DNA of 64,000 nucleotides from Terriglobia bacterium (GTDB lineage: Bacteria > Acidobacteriota > Terriglobia > Bryobacterales > Bryobacteraceae): positions 302,683-366,682 of the forward strand of contig CAWEFR010000005.1 in assembly GCA_963808335.1 (NCBI GenBank), in the 5' to 3' direction. Below, piece after piece: positions 19,217 through 29,366 of the stretch. The notes under the pieces are model-generated. The model did not search any database, was not told where the DNA came from, and saw only the letters and a program-made list of their open reading frames with translations. Positions within the stretch are counted from its first letter, which is position 1. The number at the start of each line of letters is the position of its first letter. Made by a program: the position numbers and the translations under genes.

Positions 19217-21209
19217 ATGCCTTATGATGATCGCTTGGCGTCCACTCCCGCCCGTGAACGATGGCAAGCGTCCGCGTACGCGATGGTGCTCGTCGCCGTG
19301 AACGCCAACATTTCCTACCGCCTGTTTAGAGTGGCGGGCGCGCACATGAACTCGATGCACGGGTTCTGGGTGTCGGTCGCGCAGCGCATCGGCGGGGAGC
19401 TGGTTTCATCCCACGTGGTGGCCTTATTGGGATGAAGGCATCCCGTTCGAGTTCGCCTACGCGCCGCTGGTTCCGGCGCTGATCGCGATCTGGTCGGCGG
19501 CGCGCGGCGTATCGGGATTGCTCGCCTTTCAGGCCGTCACCGCGATGGTCTACTGCCTGGTCCCTTTGACGCTGTTTCTCTGCGCGTGGCGATTGACGCG
19601 AGCGCCGGGGTACAGTTTTGCCGCTGCGCTGCTGTATTCGCTGGCCTCGCCCACCCAGTTGCTGATGCCTGACGGCGCGTTTCGCTGGAGCGGCATCTTC
19701 GATTCCCGGCGTCTCTTGATGGTCACAGTCTGGGACGAAACGCCGCACCTTCTGGCGCTCGCGCTGCTCCCTCCGGCGATTCTTTTCCTGGCTCGTGCGA
19801 TGGAGACGGGACGCCGCCGCTACTATGCCGCCGCCGCCGCAACCATCGCCGCCGCGACCTATGCCAGCGTGTTCGCCCCGATGGCCGCGATCATCGCCGC
19901 GCTGTGCCTGATCGCCGCGTTCTCTAATAAAGGTTACGCGCGTAACCTCGCGATCACCGCGGGAATCGGCGTCTTTGCCTACGCGCTCAGCGCGGCGTTT
20001 TTGCCGCTGTCGCTTATTTCGGCGATGCGGGCCAGTTCCAGCACCCCGATGCATCCCGAGCAGGTCTGGACCCTCGGGTCCTTCACCGCCATCGCGATCA
20101 TCGCCTTGGGCTGGGTGGTGCTGTGGCAGCTTCTTCCGCGCTGGACTTCCGATTGGAAACTGCGTTTCTTCTCTTTCTTCGCATATCTGACCGCCAGTAT
20201 CCCGATGGTCGCGGCGCATTTGCATCGCCAGTTTCTTCCGCAGCCGGTTCGCTATGATTTCGAAGCCGAGCTCGGGCTCGCGTTGCTGATCACATTCGCA
20301 TTGCGGCCCTGGTTCGAAAAAATGACGCCGGCTCTCAGGCGGTCTGTGGTGTTTTTGTTGCTGGCTCTCGCGCTCGAACAGATCCACCAATATCGCGCCG
20401 ATCTGCATACGTACTTACCGCCGGTGGATGTGGCCGCCACGATTGAGTCCCGCGCCTCCATCTGGGCCGATCGCAACCTGCCCGGAGTTCGCGTATTCTT
20501 CCCGGGCTCCATCGCGCAGTGGGCCAATGGATTCGGCGAGGTTCCGCAGTTCTCCGGCAGCTCCTTCAGCATGGCGCACAATCCGGTGGAGCAGCTTGGG
20601 ATCGCGGCGATTTACCATGGCGATGCGCGTGTTTCGCTGGCCTGGCTCCAAGCCTTCGGAGCTGGAGCGGTCGCGGTTCCGGGCGCCAACAGTGAAGAAT
20701 ATTGGAAAGGCTTCGCGAAGCCGGAGAAGTTCGAAGGCGTTCTACCGGTGCTATGGCGCGAAGGCGGCGTGACGATATATAAGGTTACGCAGCGTGCCCC
20801 GTCACTTGCCCACATGATTCCGGAAGCCGCGCGGGTGCGACAGGCTCCGAAAAACGTGGACGACATCGCCGAGATGGAACGCTACGCCGCCGCGCTCGAA
20901 GATCCAGCCGAGATGCACTGGGACAGTCCGAATCGCATCCATATTAGAACCACGCAGGCTCCGGGACAGGTGGTTTCGATCCAGATCTCGTATCATCCCG
21001 GCTGGCATGCGACGGCGAATGGCCGCGGCGTGCGCCTTCATCCCGACGGTCTCGGCTTGATGTGGGTCGAGCCCGATTGCAACGGCCCGTGCAGGATCGA
21101 TCTGAATTACGACGGAGGATGGGAGTTGCGCCTGTGCCGATGGATCAGCGCGCTCGCGTTCGTGATCCTTTTACTCATGTTCTTCCGGCCGGAAGTGAAA
21201 GCCGCATGA
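19217..21209 (+). pseudogene. Large polytopic membrane protein (possibly ArnT/PMT-like glycosyltransferase fold), one frame break near 19400-19440
   Basis: The 563-aa ORF has more than 10 predicted TM helices. The upstream 72-aa ORF continues into it after a 1-nt shift (..WDEGIPFEFAYAPLVPALIAIW..). Family assignment is speculative. Confidence 0.45.
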
Positions 21210-22075
21210 CGCCGCGTCTTCACTTGTTCCAGCCTGGATTCATCGCGCGCCTGGGGGCGTTGCTGCGGGCGGCGTCGGTCGGGCTGTATCTGGACGGCTG
21301 CCTTGGGATCGCCAAAGGCGCGGCGTATTCGGGATTGCTATCGTTCTTTCCGCTGCTGACTACGTTGGCCGCGCTGCTGGTGCAAGCCAAAGCCGAGTCC
21401 GTCTCGCGCACCATCGCGCGCCTGCTGTACGATGTCGTGCCACCGGGAACCGAAGACGTGGTGCGCACGCTCTTCGTTGTGCATGGACAGCGCCCCGGGT
21501 GGCTGTTAGTAACCGCCTCCGTGCTGGCGTTGTGGGCCGCTTCGGGCGCGATGATGAGCATCATGGAAGGATTTCGCGCCGTCTATCGAACCGCCAACAC
21601 CCGATCCTTTCTTCAGGAACGCGGGATGGCCCTGCTGCTGGTGTTCACCACCTCGCTTCCGGTGCTGGGCGCATCGGCGCTGATCGTATTCGGCCGTCGC
21701 GGGGAGCGCGCCTTCATCGAGTGGCTTGGCGTCGCCTCCGAAACCCGCGGATGGGTGCTGCTCGGTGGGCAGGCGCTGCGATTCGTGGTGGCCACCGGAT
21801 CGATCGTGCTCGCGATGGCCTTGGTTTACCACTGGGGGCCGAACCGCAAACAGGCGTTCCGCCAGGTAATTCCCGGAGCGATCCTGGCGACATTCTTATG
21901 GCTCCTCGCGACCTTGGGTTTCACTCTGTACGTGGAAAAAGTCGCGAATTACAACGTCATGTACGGCAGCGTCGGGGCCGGGCTCGCGCTGCTGGTGTGG
22001 ATGTACATTCTTTCTCTGATCGTTCTGTTCGGCTGCGAATTCAACGCCGTCCGGGAACGGATGTTGGGAGGCTAA
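21206..22075 (+). CDS. YihY/BrkB-family membrane protein
   Basis: AAYSGLLSFFPLLTTLAALL, multiple TM helices, C-terminus YGSVGAGLALLVWMYILSLIVLFGCEFNA. Confidence 0.75.
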   Translation: MTPRLHLFQPGFIARLGALLRAASVGLYLDGCLGIAKGAAYSGLLSFFPLLTTLAALLVQAKAESVSRTIARLLYDVVPPGTEDVVRTLFVVHGQRPGWLLVTASVLALWAASGAMMSIMEGFRAVYRTANTRSFLQERGMALLLVFTTSLPVLGASALIVFGRRGERAFIEWLGVASETRGWVLLGGQALRFVVATGSIVLAMALVYHWGPNRKQAFRQVIPGAILATFLWLLATLGFTLYVEKVANYNVMYGSVGAGLALLVWMYILSLIVLFGCEFNAVRERMLGG

Positions 22076-22105
22076 AGTACTGCTGCGCTGGCCGATAAGG
22101 TCAGC

Positions 22106-22531
22106 GTGAAGATTCTGTTGATCGGGCTTCTGCTCGCGCTTTCGAGCCCAGCCGCCGATATGGTTCTCGAAAATCCGCATCCGCGCACGTCCAAGCGCGT
22201 ATGGATCCGCCGCGCGACCCTCGCCGCCGGATGCGCCGCCAGCTTGGTTTTCGATACTCTTAGTACTCGCCGTGCGACCAACGCCGGTGCCGTCGAATCG
22301 AATGGGCTGTTCGCCAGCCCGCAAGGCAGCCCGCAATGGGGCCGGATGATCGGGTTCAAGGCCGGGTTATGCGGGGCCACCGCGGTCATGGAAGAAACCC
22401 ACATGTTCCACGCCTGGAAAAACCCCAATGCCGACTGGACCTGGACCGGCGTCAACGCCGCGACCACCGCCCTCTATACCTGGACCGGCTTTCACAACAT
22501 GAAGCTGGCGAATGACTTGTCCTCCAAGTAG
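22106..22531 (+). CDS. Hypothetical secreted protein
   Basis: Signal peptide MKILLIGLLLALSSPAA. No family recognised. Confidence 0.35.
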   Translation: MKILLIGLLLALSSPAADMVLENPHPRTSKRVWIRRATLAAGCAASLVFDTLSTRRATNAGAVESNGLFASPQGSPQWGRMIGFKAGLCGATAVMEETHMFHAWKNPNADWTWTGVNAATTALYTWTGFHNMKLANDLSSK

Positions 22532-22582
22532 CTTTTTTTTAAACACTTTTCCCGCCACCGGCGTCTAAAGTTACAATCGAGC

Positions 22583-23614
22583 ATGGCGCGGAAGTGCAGC
22601 TGCGTATTGACGGCGGTACTCTTGTCCGCGTGTGCGCAGTCGCCGGTGCGCGAGATTTCGGCGCGCGCGGATTCTTCCTCCAGTCCGGCGGTTGTTACGG
22701 CGCCGCGCCACCTTCGATCCACGGGAACCATTCAGGCGGTGCGCGTTTTCAACGTAATGGTTCCGCAGATTCGCGGCCCCGGCGGACAGTTGACGCTCAC
22801 CCGGCTGATCCCCAATGGCGCCGATGTAAAACAGGGCGATCCGCTGGCCGTGTTCGACCAGGTACAGCAGCTCGACGACGCGCGCGACGCCCGCGCCAAA
22901 GTGGACGACCTGAATCATCAGATCGACCAGATGCGCGCGCAAAATCGCAGCGATCAAGCCAAGCGCGGCGCGGATCTGAAGCAGGCCGAGGCCGACCTCG
23001 CCAAGGCTGAAATCGAATTGCAAAAAGGCGAGGTGCTCAGCGAAATCGACCGGCTGAAAAATCAGGCCAAAGCCGAAGACGCGCGCGCCCATGTGGCGAG
23101 TCTGAAAAAGTCAAATCAATTTCACGACGTGGCGGACGAGGCCGGTCTGAAACTGCTCGAATTGCAGCGCGACCGGCAGCAGGTGGCGCTCGACCGCGCG
23201 CAGTCGAACATCGAAAAACTCACGGTGCGCGCGCCGATCGCGGGAATGGTGGCCCTTGAAGCGGCGTGGCGCAACGGATCCATGGGTCCGTTTCAGGAAG
23301 GCGATCAAGCCTGGCCCGGGCAACCGCTGGTCCGCATTTTCGATCCCAGCGAAATGATCGTGTTGACACAAGTCAGCGAGCCCGACGGCGCCGTGATCGC
23401 CGAGCGCGGCGCGCGCGCCAAAGTCTATCTGGATGCCTACCCCGGCGTAGCGTTCGACGCTCACCTGGAAGCCGCCAGCCCGGTGGCGGCCGGTGGATTC
23501 CAAAGTCCCATACGGAGCTTCACCGCGAAATTTCGCGTGGAACAACATGACCCGCGTCTGCTGCCGGATTTATCGGCGGCGGTGGACATCGTGCCGAATG
23601 CAGGCAAGCCGTGA
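22583..23614 (+). CDS. HlyD/membrane-fusion-protein-family periplasmic adaptor (lipoprotein)
   Basis: Lipobox LLSAC. Coiled-coil hairpin, then LTVRAPIAGMV and beta-barrel/MP domains. Confidence 0.8.
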   Translation: MARKCSCVLTAVLLSACAQSPVREISARADSSSSPAVVTAPRHLRSTGTIQAVRVFNVMVPQIRGPGGQLTLTRLIPNGADVKQGDPLAVFDQVQQLDDARDARAKVDDLNHQIDQMRAQNRSDQAKRGADLKQAEADLAKAEIELQKGEVLSEIDRLKNQAKAEDARAHVASLKKSNQFHDVADEAGLKLLELQRDRQQVALDRAQSNIEKLTVRAPIAGMVALEAAWRNGSMGPFQEGDQAWPGQPLVRIFDPSEMIVLTQVSEPDGAVIAERGARAKVYLDAYPGVAFDAHLEAASPVAAGGFQSPIRSFTAKFRVEQHDPRLLPDLSAAVDIVPNAGKP

Positions 23615-24855
23615 AACGCATTCTTCGAGCCTTGGCGGGACTGATCGCTCTCGCGTCGGCGGCGGGCGCGGGCGTGTGGTGGTATCGCACCTCGCAGGTG
23701 CAGGCCAAATCCGATTTGCCGGTGGCGACAGTGCGCAAAGGCGAGTTTCAAGTGATCGTGCGCTGCCGCGGGGAGTTGGCCGCCATGCGCTCCGTCACGC
23801 TGAGCGCGCCGGTGAACGTCCCCGGGCTGCAAATCGCCTGGCAGGCTCCGCCGAACAGCACCGTGATGGCGGGCGACGTGGTGGTGCGCTTCGATTCGAG
23901 CGCCGCGCAGCAGCAGTTGCTCGAAAAGGAAGCCGCCTTGCAACAGGCGCAGGCGACGCTCGATCAAGCCGTCGCACAGGCGCGCATGACCGCCGAGCAG
24001 GATCGCCTGGACCTGACTTCGGCGCAAGTAGACGTCGAGAAATCCACGCTCGAAGCGTCGAAGGAAGAAATCGTCAGCCGCTTGCAGGGCGAGGAGAGCA
24101 AGATCGACCTGAGCATGTCGCAGGCAAAACTGCGCGTGGAGGAGGCCACGGTCAACCTGCATCAGAAATCGGATACATCGAAAATTGCGTCGTTGACGCG
24201 GCAGCGCGATAAAGCGCAGCAGGATATCGACGTCACCAAGGAGCGTCTGGCGAAAATGGAAATGCACGCGCCATCCGGCGGCGTCATCGTGTATCTCCCC
24301 AATTATTCGCAAGGCTGGATGAACGCGAAACCGTTCGCGGTGGGCGACCAGGTATGGCCCGGCAGCGGCATCGCCGAACTTCCGGATCTTGGAACGCTGG
24401 CGATGCGCGGCAAGCTGGAGGAGACCGATCACGGCCGCATCAGCGCCGGACAGGACGTGCGCATTCTGGTCGATCCGTTCCCCGAAAAACCGTTTCCCGG
24501 CACGCTGGCCGCGATCTCTCCGCTGGTCGAGCAGAATTTCGATTGGCCCCCCACTCGAAACTTCCGCGCCATCGGCCGCTTCAACGATCCCGACCCGCGG
24601 CTGCGCCCCGGCATGAACGGGCAGCTCGATATCATTATCCAGCGCATCCCGGACGCGATCAGCATCCCTGCGAAGGCGCTGTTCACGCGGCTCGGCCGGC
24701 CCGCGGTGTACATCGATGAAAAGGGCGCCTGGAGTCCCAAAGAAGTAGAAGTGCTGGCGCGCAATCCTGATGAAGTGGCGATTCGCGGCGTCGCCGCCGG
24801 AGCCAAAGTCGCGCTGGTCGAGCCGGACATGCAGGGCACCGGGGCGAAACAGTGA
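23611..24855 (+). CDS. HlyD/MFP-family periplasmic adaptor
   Basis: N-terminal TM helix, long coiled coil, MEMHAPSGGVIV. Start overlaps the previous stop by 4 nt. Confidence 0.8.
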   Translation: MKRILRALAGLIALASAAGAGVWWYRTSQVQAKSDLPVATVRKGEFQVIVRCRGELAAMRSVTLSAPVNVPGLQIAWQAPPNSTVMAGDVVVRFDSSAAQQQLLEKEAALQQAQATLDQAVAQARMTAEQDRLDLTSAQVDVEKSTLEASKEEIVSRLQGEESKIDLSMSQAKLRVEEATVNLHQKSDTSKIASLTRQRDKAQQDIDVTKERLAKMEMHAPSGGVIVYLPNYSQGWMNAKPFAVGDQVWPGSGIAELPDLGTLAMRGKLEETDHGRISAGQDVRILVDPFPEKPFPGTLAAISPLVEQNFDWPPTRNFRAIGRFNDPDPRLRPGMNGQLDIIIQRIPDAISIPAKALFTRLGRPAVYIDEKGAWSPKEVEVLARNPDEVAIRGVAAGAKVALVEPDMQGTGAKQ

Positions 24856-26153
24856 AATTGAAAACGTTAATCGGATTGGTCGTCGCCGCCGGATCGCTGG
24901 CGCTGGCTGCCTGGGGAGGGGTGACGCTGTTTCGCGCCGCCAACCCGTCGCCCATCGCGACGATTCCCACCACCGCCGTGAAGCGCGGCAACGTCACCTT
25001 CGCGGTGTATTCGCGCGGCGAGTTGCAAGGCGGAAGCTCCGTCATGCTGAGCGCGCCGATGGTAGGCGGCAACGCGCTGGCCATCACTTTTCTCAAAAAC
25101 TCCGGCGATATTGTGAAGAAAGACGAGGTGGTGGTGCAGTTCGACACTACCGATCAGCTCTACAAGCTGCGTGAAGCGCAAGCCGATCTGGCCGAAGCGG
25201 AAACCAAAGTGGTCCAGGCCAACGCGCAGATGAAGGCTAAGGAAGAGGAAGACACGTATGCGCTGCTGAAGGCTCGCGCCGATCTGAATCAGGCGGAGCT
25301 CGAAGCGCGCAAGAATCCGCTGGTCGGCGCAATTCAAGCGAAGGAAGCAGATCTCGCGGTGAGAGCCGCGCGTGAAACGGTGGCGCAGCTCGAACGCGAC
25401 ATGCCGAATCGCCTGGCGACTTCCAAAGCGGGCGTCGAGATTCAGGAAGCCGCGCGCGCCAAAGCCAAGGTGCAGGCGGAGACCGCGCAGAAGAACATCG
25501 ACATGATGACGCTGCGCGCGCCGCGCGACGGCTACGTCAGCGTCCAGACCAATACGCAGACCAATATTTTGTACGGCGGCATGATCCTGCCGCTGCTTCA
25601 GGTGGGCGACACGATCCGCGCCGGCATGGCGGTAGTGCAAATCCCCGACCTGGAACATTGGGAAGTAATGGCGCACATCGCCGAGGCCGATCGCGGCCAC
25701 CTGGCCATCGGCGAACCGGTGCGCATCGCGGCCGTCGCGCTGCCGGATCATCCCTACTCGGGAAAAATCAAAGATCTGGGCGGCACTTCCGGCCCGCCGT
25801 GGGAGCGCCGCTTCGATTGCCGCGTTTCCGTCGATAATCCGTCGCCGCTGCTGCGTCCGGGCATGACCGCGAACCTGGTGATCACCGCGGAAACCATCCA
25901 CAACGCGCTGTGGATTCCCGCGCAGGCGTTGTTCGAATCCGACGGGCGCCAGTTCGTTTACATCCGCACGCCGCAGGGTGGATTCGCCACGCAAGATGTA
26001 AAACTGGTCCGCCGCAGTGAAAGCCAGGTGGTGCTGACGGGCCTCAACGAAGGCCAGCAGGTCGCGCTGGCGAGTCCGGACCGGCTGAAAGAGAAGGAAC
26101 AGAAACAGGACAAGAAGGCTCCCGCTTCCGTGACGCAAGCTTTGCCCCAATGA
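24852..26153 (+). CDS. HlyD/MFP-family periplasmic adaptor (MacA-like)
   Basis: N-terminal TM helix, coiled coil, LRAPRDGYVSV. 4-nt overlaps with the genes on both sides. Confidence 0.8.
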   Translation: MKLKTLIGLVVAAGSLALAAWGGVTLFRAANPSPIATIPTTAVKRGNVTFAVYSRGELQGGSSVMLSAPMVGGNALAITFLKNSGDIVKKDEVVVQFDTTDQLYKLREAQADLAEAETKVVQANAQMKAKEEEDTYALLKARADLNQAELEARKNPLVGAIQAKEADLAVRAARETVAQLERDMPNRLATSKAGVEIQEAARAKAKVQAETAQKNIDMMTLRAPRDGYVSVQTNTQTNILYGGMILPLLQVGDTIRAGMAVVQIPDLEHWEVMAHIAEADRGHLAIGEPVRIAAVALPDHPYSGKIKDLGGTSGPPWERRFDCRVSVDNPSPLLRPGMTANLVITAETIHNALWIPAQALFESDGRQFVYIRTPQGGFATQDVKLVRRSESQVVLTGLNEGQQVALASPDRLKEKEQKQDKKAPASVTQALPQ

Positions 26154-27403
26154 CGCTGGTTCGCTATCTCGCCGATATTCCGCGCGCGTTCGATAATCTG
26201 CGCGCGCAAAAAACGCGCACGGTGCTGACCGCGCTGGGAATCGTGTTCGGCGTCGGCTCGGTGATCGGCATGCTCGCCATCGGCGCGGGCGCGCGTGAAG
26301 AATCGCTGGCATTCATCGAACAATTAGGCGTCCGCAACGTGCTGGTGGAATCGATCCCGGCATCGAGCCTGCAAGAAATTCAACAACGGCGCCGCTCCTC
26401 GCCCGGGCTGAGCGAGCGCGACGTGCGGATTCTCGAAGCCAACGTCGAATCGCTCGAAACCTTGTCGCCGCGCCGCACCCTGCATCCGGCGCGAGTGCTG
26501 CCCAAGCCCTCGCAATCGATTCCGAACGTGAATGGCGTGCGCCCGTCGTATGCCGCAATTCACAATCTTCGATTGTCGGAAGGACACTTCTTTTCCTCAC
26601 GCGACGACACTTCGAGCGCAGCGGTGTGCGTGCTCGGCGATCGCGCCAAGGTGAGTCTGCTCGGCTACGGACCGGGCGCTACGGGCAAGTTCGTCAAAGT
26701 GAACGATACCTGGCTCGAAGTGGTGGGAGTGCTGGCGCCGCAAGTCGCATCCAGCGTGAAGAGCGCGCACACGGAGGATCGCGACAACCTGGTTTACGTT
26801 CCGTTCAACACCTTTCAATATCGATTCTGGGACCAGACTTCGTTCATGGTGAAGGACGATCTGGACGGCATCGACCTGCGCCTGAAGCCGGCGGCGGACA
26901 GTGTTCGCGCGGCGGAAGTGGTGACGGCGATTCTGAACTCGACGCATCGCAACACCGAAGATTTCACGGTGACGATTCCGGCCGCGCTGCTCGCCCAGCA
27001 GCAGAAGACGCAGACGATTTTCACTTACGTAATGGTGGCGATCGCGGCGATTTCGCTGCTGGTGGGCGGCATCGGCATCATGAACATCGTTCTGGCCACG
27101 GTGATGGAGCGTACGCGCGAAATCGGCATCCGCCGCGCGACGGGAGCTCGCCGGAGCGACATCGTGCGCCAGTTCTTGGCGGAAAGCGTGCTGATCTCGG
27201 TGGGCGGCGGGGTATTGGGAATCGGCTTCGGCCTGGGATTATCGTGGCTGATCGCGCGCACGGCGGAATGGAAGACGATTGTAACGCCGTATTCTGTGAT
27301 CATTGCATTCTCGGTATCGGTCCTGGTGGGAGTGGTGTTCGGAATTTACCCGGCGGTAAAAGCGTCGCGGATCGATCCGATCGAAGCGCTGCGGTACGAA
27401 TGA
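26150..27403 (+). CDS. MacB-type ABC transporter permease (MacB_PCD + FtsX), no ATPase domain
   Basis: RAQKTRTVLTALGIVFGVGSVI, large periplasmic domain, C-terminus GIMNIVLATVMERTREIGIRRATGARRSDI...YPAVKASRIDPIEALRYE. Confidence 0.85.
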   Translation: MTLVRYLADIPRAFDNLRAQKTRTVLTALGIVFGVGSVIGMLAIGAGAREESLAFIEQLGVRNVLVESIPASSLQEIQQRRRSSPGLSERDVRILEANVESLETLSPRRTLHPARVLPKPSQSIPNVNGVRPSYAAIHNLRLSEGHFFSSRDDTSSAAVCVLGDRAKVSLLGYGPGATGKFVKVNDTWLEVVGVLAPQVASSVKSAHTEDRDNLVYVPFNTFQYRFWDQTSFMVKDDLDGIDLRLKPAADSVRAAEVVTAILNSTHRNTEDFTVTIPAALLAQQQKTQTIFTYVMVAIAAISLLVGGIGIMNIVLATVMERTREIGIRRATGARRSDIVRQFLAESVLISVGGGVLGIGFGLGLSWLIARTAEWKTIVTPYSVIIAFSVSVLVGVVFGIYPAVKASRIDPIEALRYE

Positions 27404-27429
27404 GTTTAGAATGAAAGAGCAGCGGACGT

Positions 27430-27472
27430 CGGGGCGTAGCGCAGCCTGGTAGCGCACCTGCCTTGGGCGCAG
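27430..27472 (+). pseudogene. 5' fragment of tRNA-Pro (TGG): acceptor 5' strand, D-arm and anticodon arm only
   Basis: cggggcg-ta-gcgc-agcctggta-gcgc-a-cctgc-cTTGGGc-gcag, then the sequence diverges. There is no variable loop, T-arm (no GTTCGAATC-like element) or acceptor 3' strand downstream. Confidence 0.6.
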
Positions 27473-27640
27473 CCCGACGGCTTCCAAAGCTTCTTTTAAT
27501 TCTCCACACTTCTAATGGTTTCAACAATTTGGGGCATCTGCTTTTCGCTCAAAGCTAACCCCAGCGGCTCCAACACAAAGAGTTTTGACACGGTTTTGCC
27601 ACGGTCAGGCCGGGCCTGAACGTCTTCCCGCTCGGTGTGT

Positions 27641-28657
27641 TCATCGGTTGACCCGGTCTTCGAGTTCGCGCAGGTCGGCCATCACGGTATCGAACGGTGG
27701 AGGCTCAGAAAAGAACATCTCCCGCATGTCCCGGTAGTCGCTTCGAATCTGTGCAACGTGGGATTCCGGAGGGCATACGCGAAGGCTCCCGGGTTTGGCT
27801 AGATCGTACCGCGCTGCGGCTTCTCGGAAGAAAACCTTCTTGTGCTCGACTACGCTTGCTAGCAGGCCGAAATCTTTGATTGCAAGCTCCCCGAACTCAT
27901 GCCGATACAAACGAGCCAAGTCGTAGTGGTGCCGCGAGAGCCGTGGCGGCATCTTGCCCGAATGGAAGACAGCATGGAGCAACGTGGCCTTTTCCCAGAA
28001 GGTGCGTTCAGGGCGAAGAACGTGGACTTCGGCGACCGGCTGGGCCATGAGGCCCGGCAGCATATCAGCGACATACGGCTGGATCGACTGACGATCAGAG
28101 GGCCACACATCCCCGCGGCATCCGAACTCGAGTCGAACCACGGGACGAATGTAGCTACCCAAGCCGTAGAGGTCCGCCTCTAGGCCGAGCGGATAAGCGA
28201 ACAAGAGGCTCTGGCGATCGGCATCGGCCGGATCCTCGCTGATCTTCCAATCCGCCTCCCCGAGGACTGAGCGAAATGAGTTTTGAAGCTCGTTGCGGAC
28301 CGTGCCTTGAACAGTCTCCGAACATTTGCCCACCAGTTCATCCAGTTTCCGGTTGCGCTTGTTTGTACCCGCGATGTTGGGAGGGTCCTGCTCTCCGACG
28401 AATCCGAGGGTGTGGCGATCGAGGACGATGTCAACGTCTTCAGAAAAACGCTCGATGATCTTGTAGACCTTGGACAGCGAGGTCCCACCTTTGAAGAGAG
28501 GTCCCGGCAGCGCTGCATCCGAGAAGATTTTCTGAAGCGTCCAGCAGACCCAAAAATCCTTTTCAATGATGGTGGCCGAACCCACTCGAAGTCGGGCGGC
28601 AGCTTCGCGGAAAACGGTTGCGCGTTCCGCGGCAGGCAATAGGGCGAAGTGATCCAT
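27641..28657 (-). CDS. abiEii: AbiEii/AbiGii-family nucleotidyltransferase toxin (type IV TA)
   Basis: IIEKDFWVCWTL...FKGGTSLSKVY.IIERFSEDVDI. Confidence 0.85.
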   Translation of the reverse strand: MDHFALLPAAERATVFREAAARLRVGSATIIEKDFWVCWTLQKIFSDAALPGPLFKGGTSLSKVYKIIERFSEDVDIVLDRHTLGFVGEQDPPNIAGTNKRNRKLDELVGKCSETVQGTVRNELQNSFRSVLGEADWKISEDPADADRQSLLFAYPLGLEADLYGLGSYIRPVVRLEFGCRGDVWPSDRQSIQPYVADMLPGLMAQPVAEVHVLRPERTFWEKATLLHAVFHSGKMPPRLSRHHYDLARLYRHEFGELAIKDFGLLASVVEHKKVFFREAAARYDLAKPGSLRVCPPESHVAQIRSDYRDMREMFFSEPPPFDTVMADLRELEDRVNR

Positions 28658-28676
28658 CTTTGGACTCGCCCTAATG

Positions 28677-29309
28677 TTAAGCCGTGACCGCGTCTATTGC
28701 AGAAGCCATCCACCGTGGCGCATGATGCGCAAGCTTCTTCAGTCCTGTCTTTGCATCTGATGGCAGGTTTTGCCGAAGCTGCTGGATGATGGCGGCGCTA
28801 AGGTGGTGCGGCCCAAACGCACGAATCGCCTGCAGAGCAACGCCCTCGGGAGTACCCGCTCCCAACAAGGCCCTTGGGCCCGCATGCTGAAAATGGATGA
28901 TCTGGTTCCCGACTTTGATCTTCCGCGAACTGCCGTCGATCAAATATACGATCTGCGCGGGAACCTGGGAGGAAAGACCGAGCGCGTTCGCCGCTCGCGC
29001 CGGCGTCGGTTGCAGGCGATACCCTGACTGATCCGCGATAGCCCTCGCCACGGCATCGGGGTCCGGCGAGAGCGGACCAAGCGTGGGATGGTTCTGGGGG
29101 ACATCGTAGACCCCTCGAGAAATTCGTCTGATCTTGCCAGCTTTGGTCAATCGGCTCAGTGCTTGATCGACGGCATCGCGATTGCCCAAGTCATCGAACA
29201 CCCTAGGGGTGAGCGCTGATCCCGGACCCACCGCTTTTGCGCGCTTCAAAACCTTCAGCGTGAGATCCCTCATGTCAGGAATATCATAACATATTTCTGA
29301 CATAACCAA
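28677..29309 (-). CDS. abiEi: AbiEi-family antitoxin (wHTH; DUF6088-like)
   Basis: LSRLTKAGKIRRISRGVYDVP. Lies immediately upstream of abiEii on the same strand. Confidence 0.7.
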   Translation of the reverse strand: MVMSEICYDIPDMRDLTLKVLKRAKAVGPGSALTPRVFDDLGNRDAVDQALSRLTKAGKIRRISRGVYDVPQNHPTLGPLSPDPDAVARAIADQSGYRLQPTPARAANALGLSSQVPAQIVYLIDGSSRKIKVGNQIIHFQHAGPRALLGAGTPEGVALQAIRAFGPHHLSAAIIQQLRQNLPSDAKTGLKKLAHHAPRWMASAIDAVTA

Positions 29310-29366
29310 ACCTCAAAATCGACTGAAGCGCTCGCATCGCGAAACATAACCAAGGTCTTTCAGACA

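Noticed and set aside
19326-20408. 360-aa minus-strand ORF.
   Set aside because: It is entirely antisense to the 563-aa membrane protein. Its composition is Arg/Gln/Pro/Gly-rich low complexity, typical of a shadow ORF in high-GC DNA.
24867-26312. 481-aa minus-strand ORF.
   Set aside because: It is antisense to the third HlyD gene, which has clear family motifs. It is Arg-rich with no motifs of its own.
27430-27510. A complete tRNA-Pro gene.
   Set aside because: Downstream of the anticodon stem there is no T-arm (GTTCRAnnC) or complementary acceptor strand. Single-base indels of the kind seen elsewhere could not account for that. It was called a 5' fragment instead.
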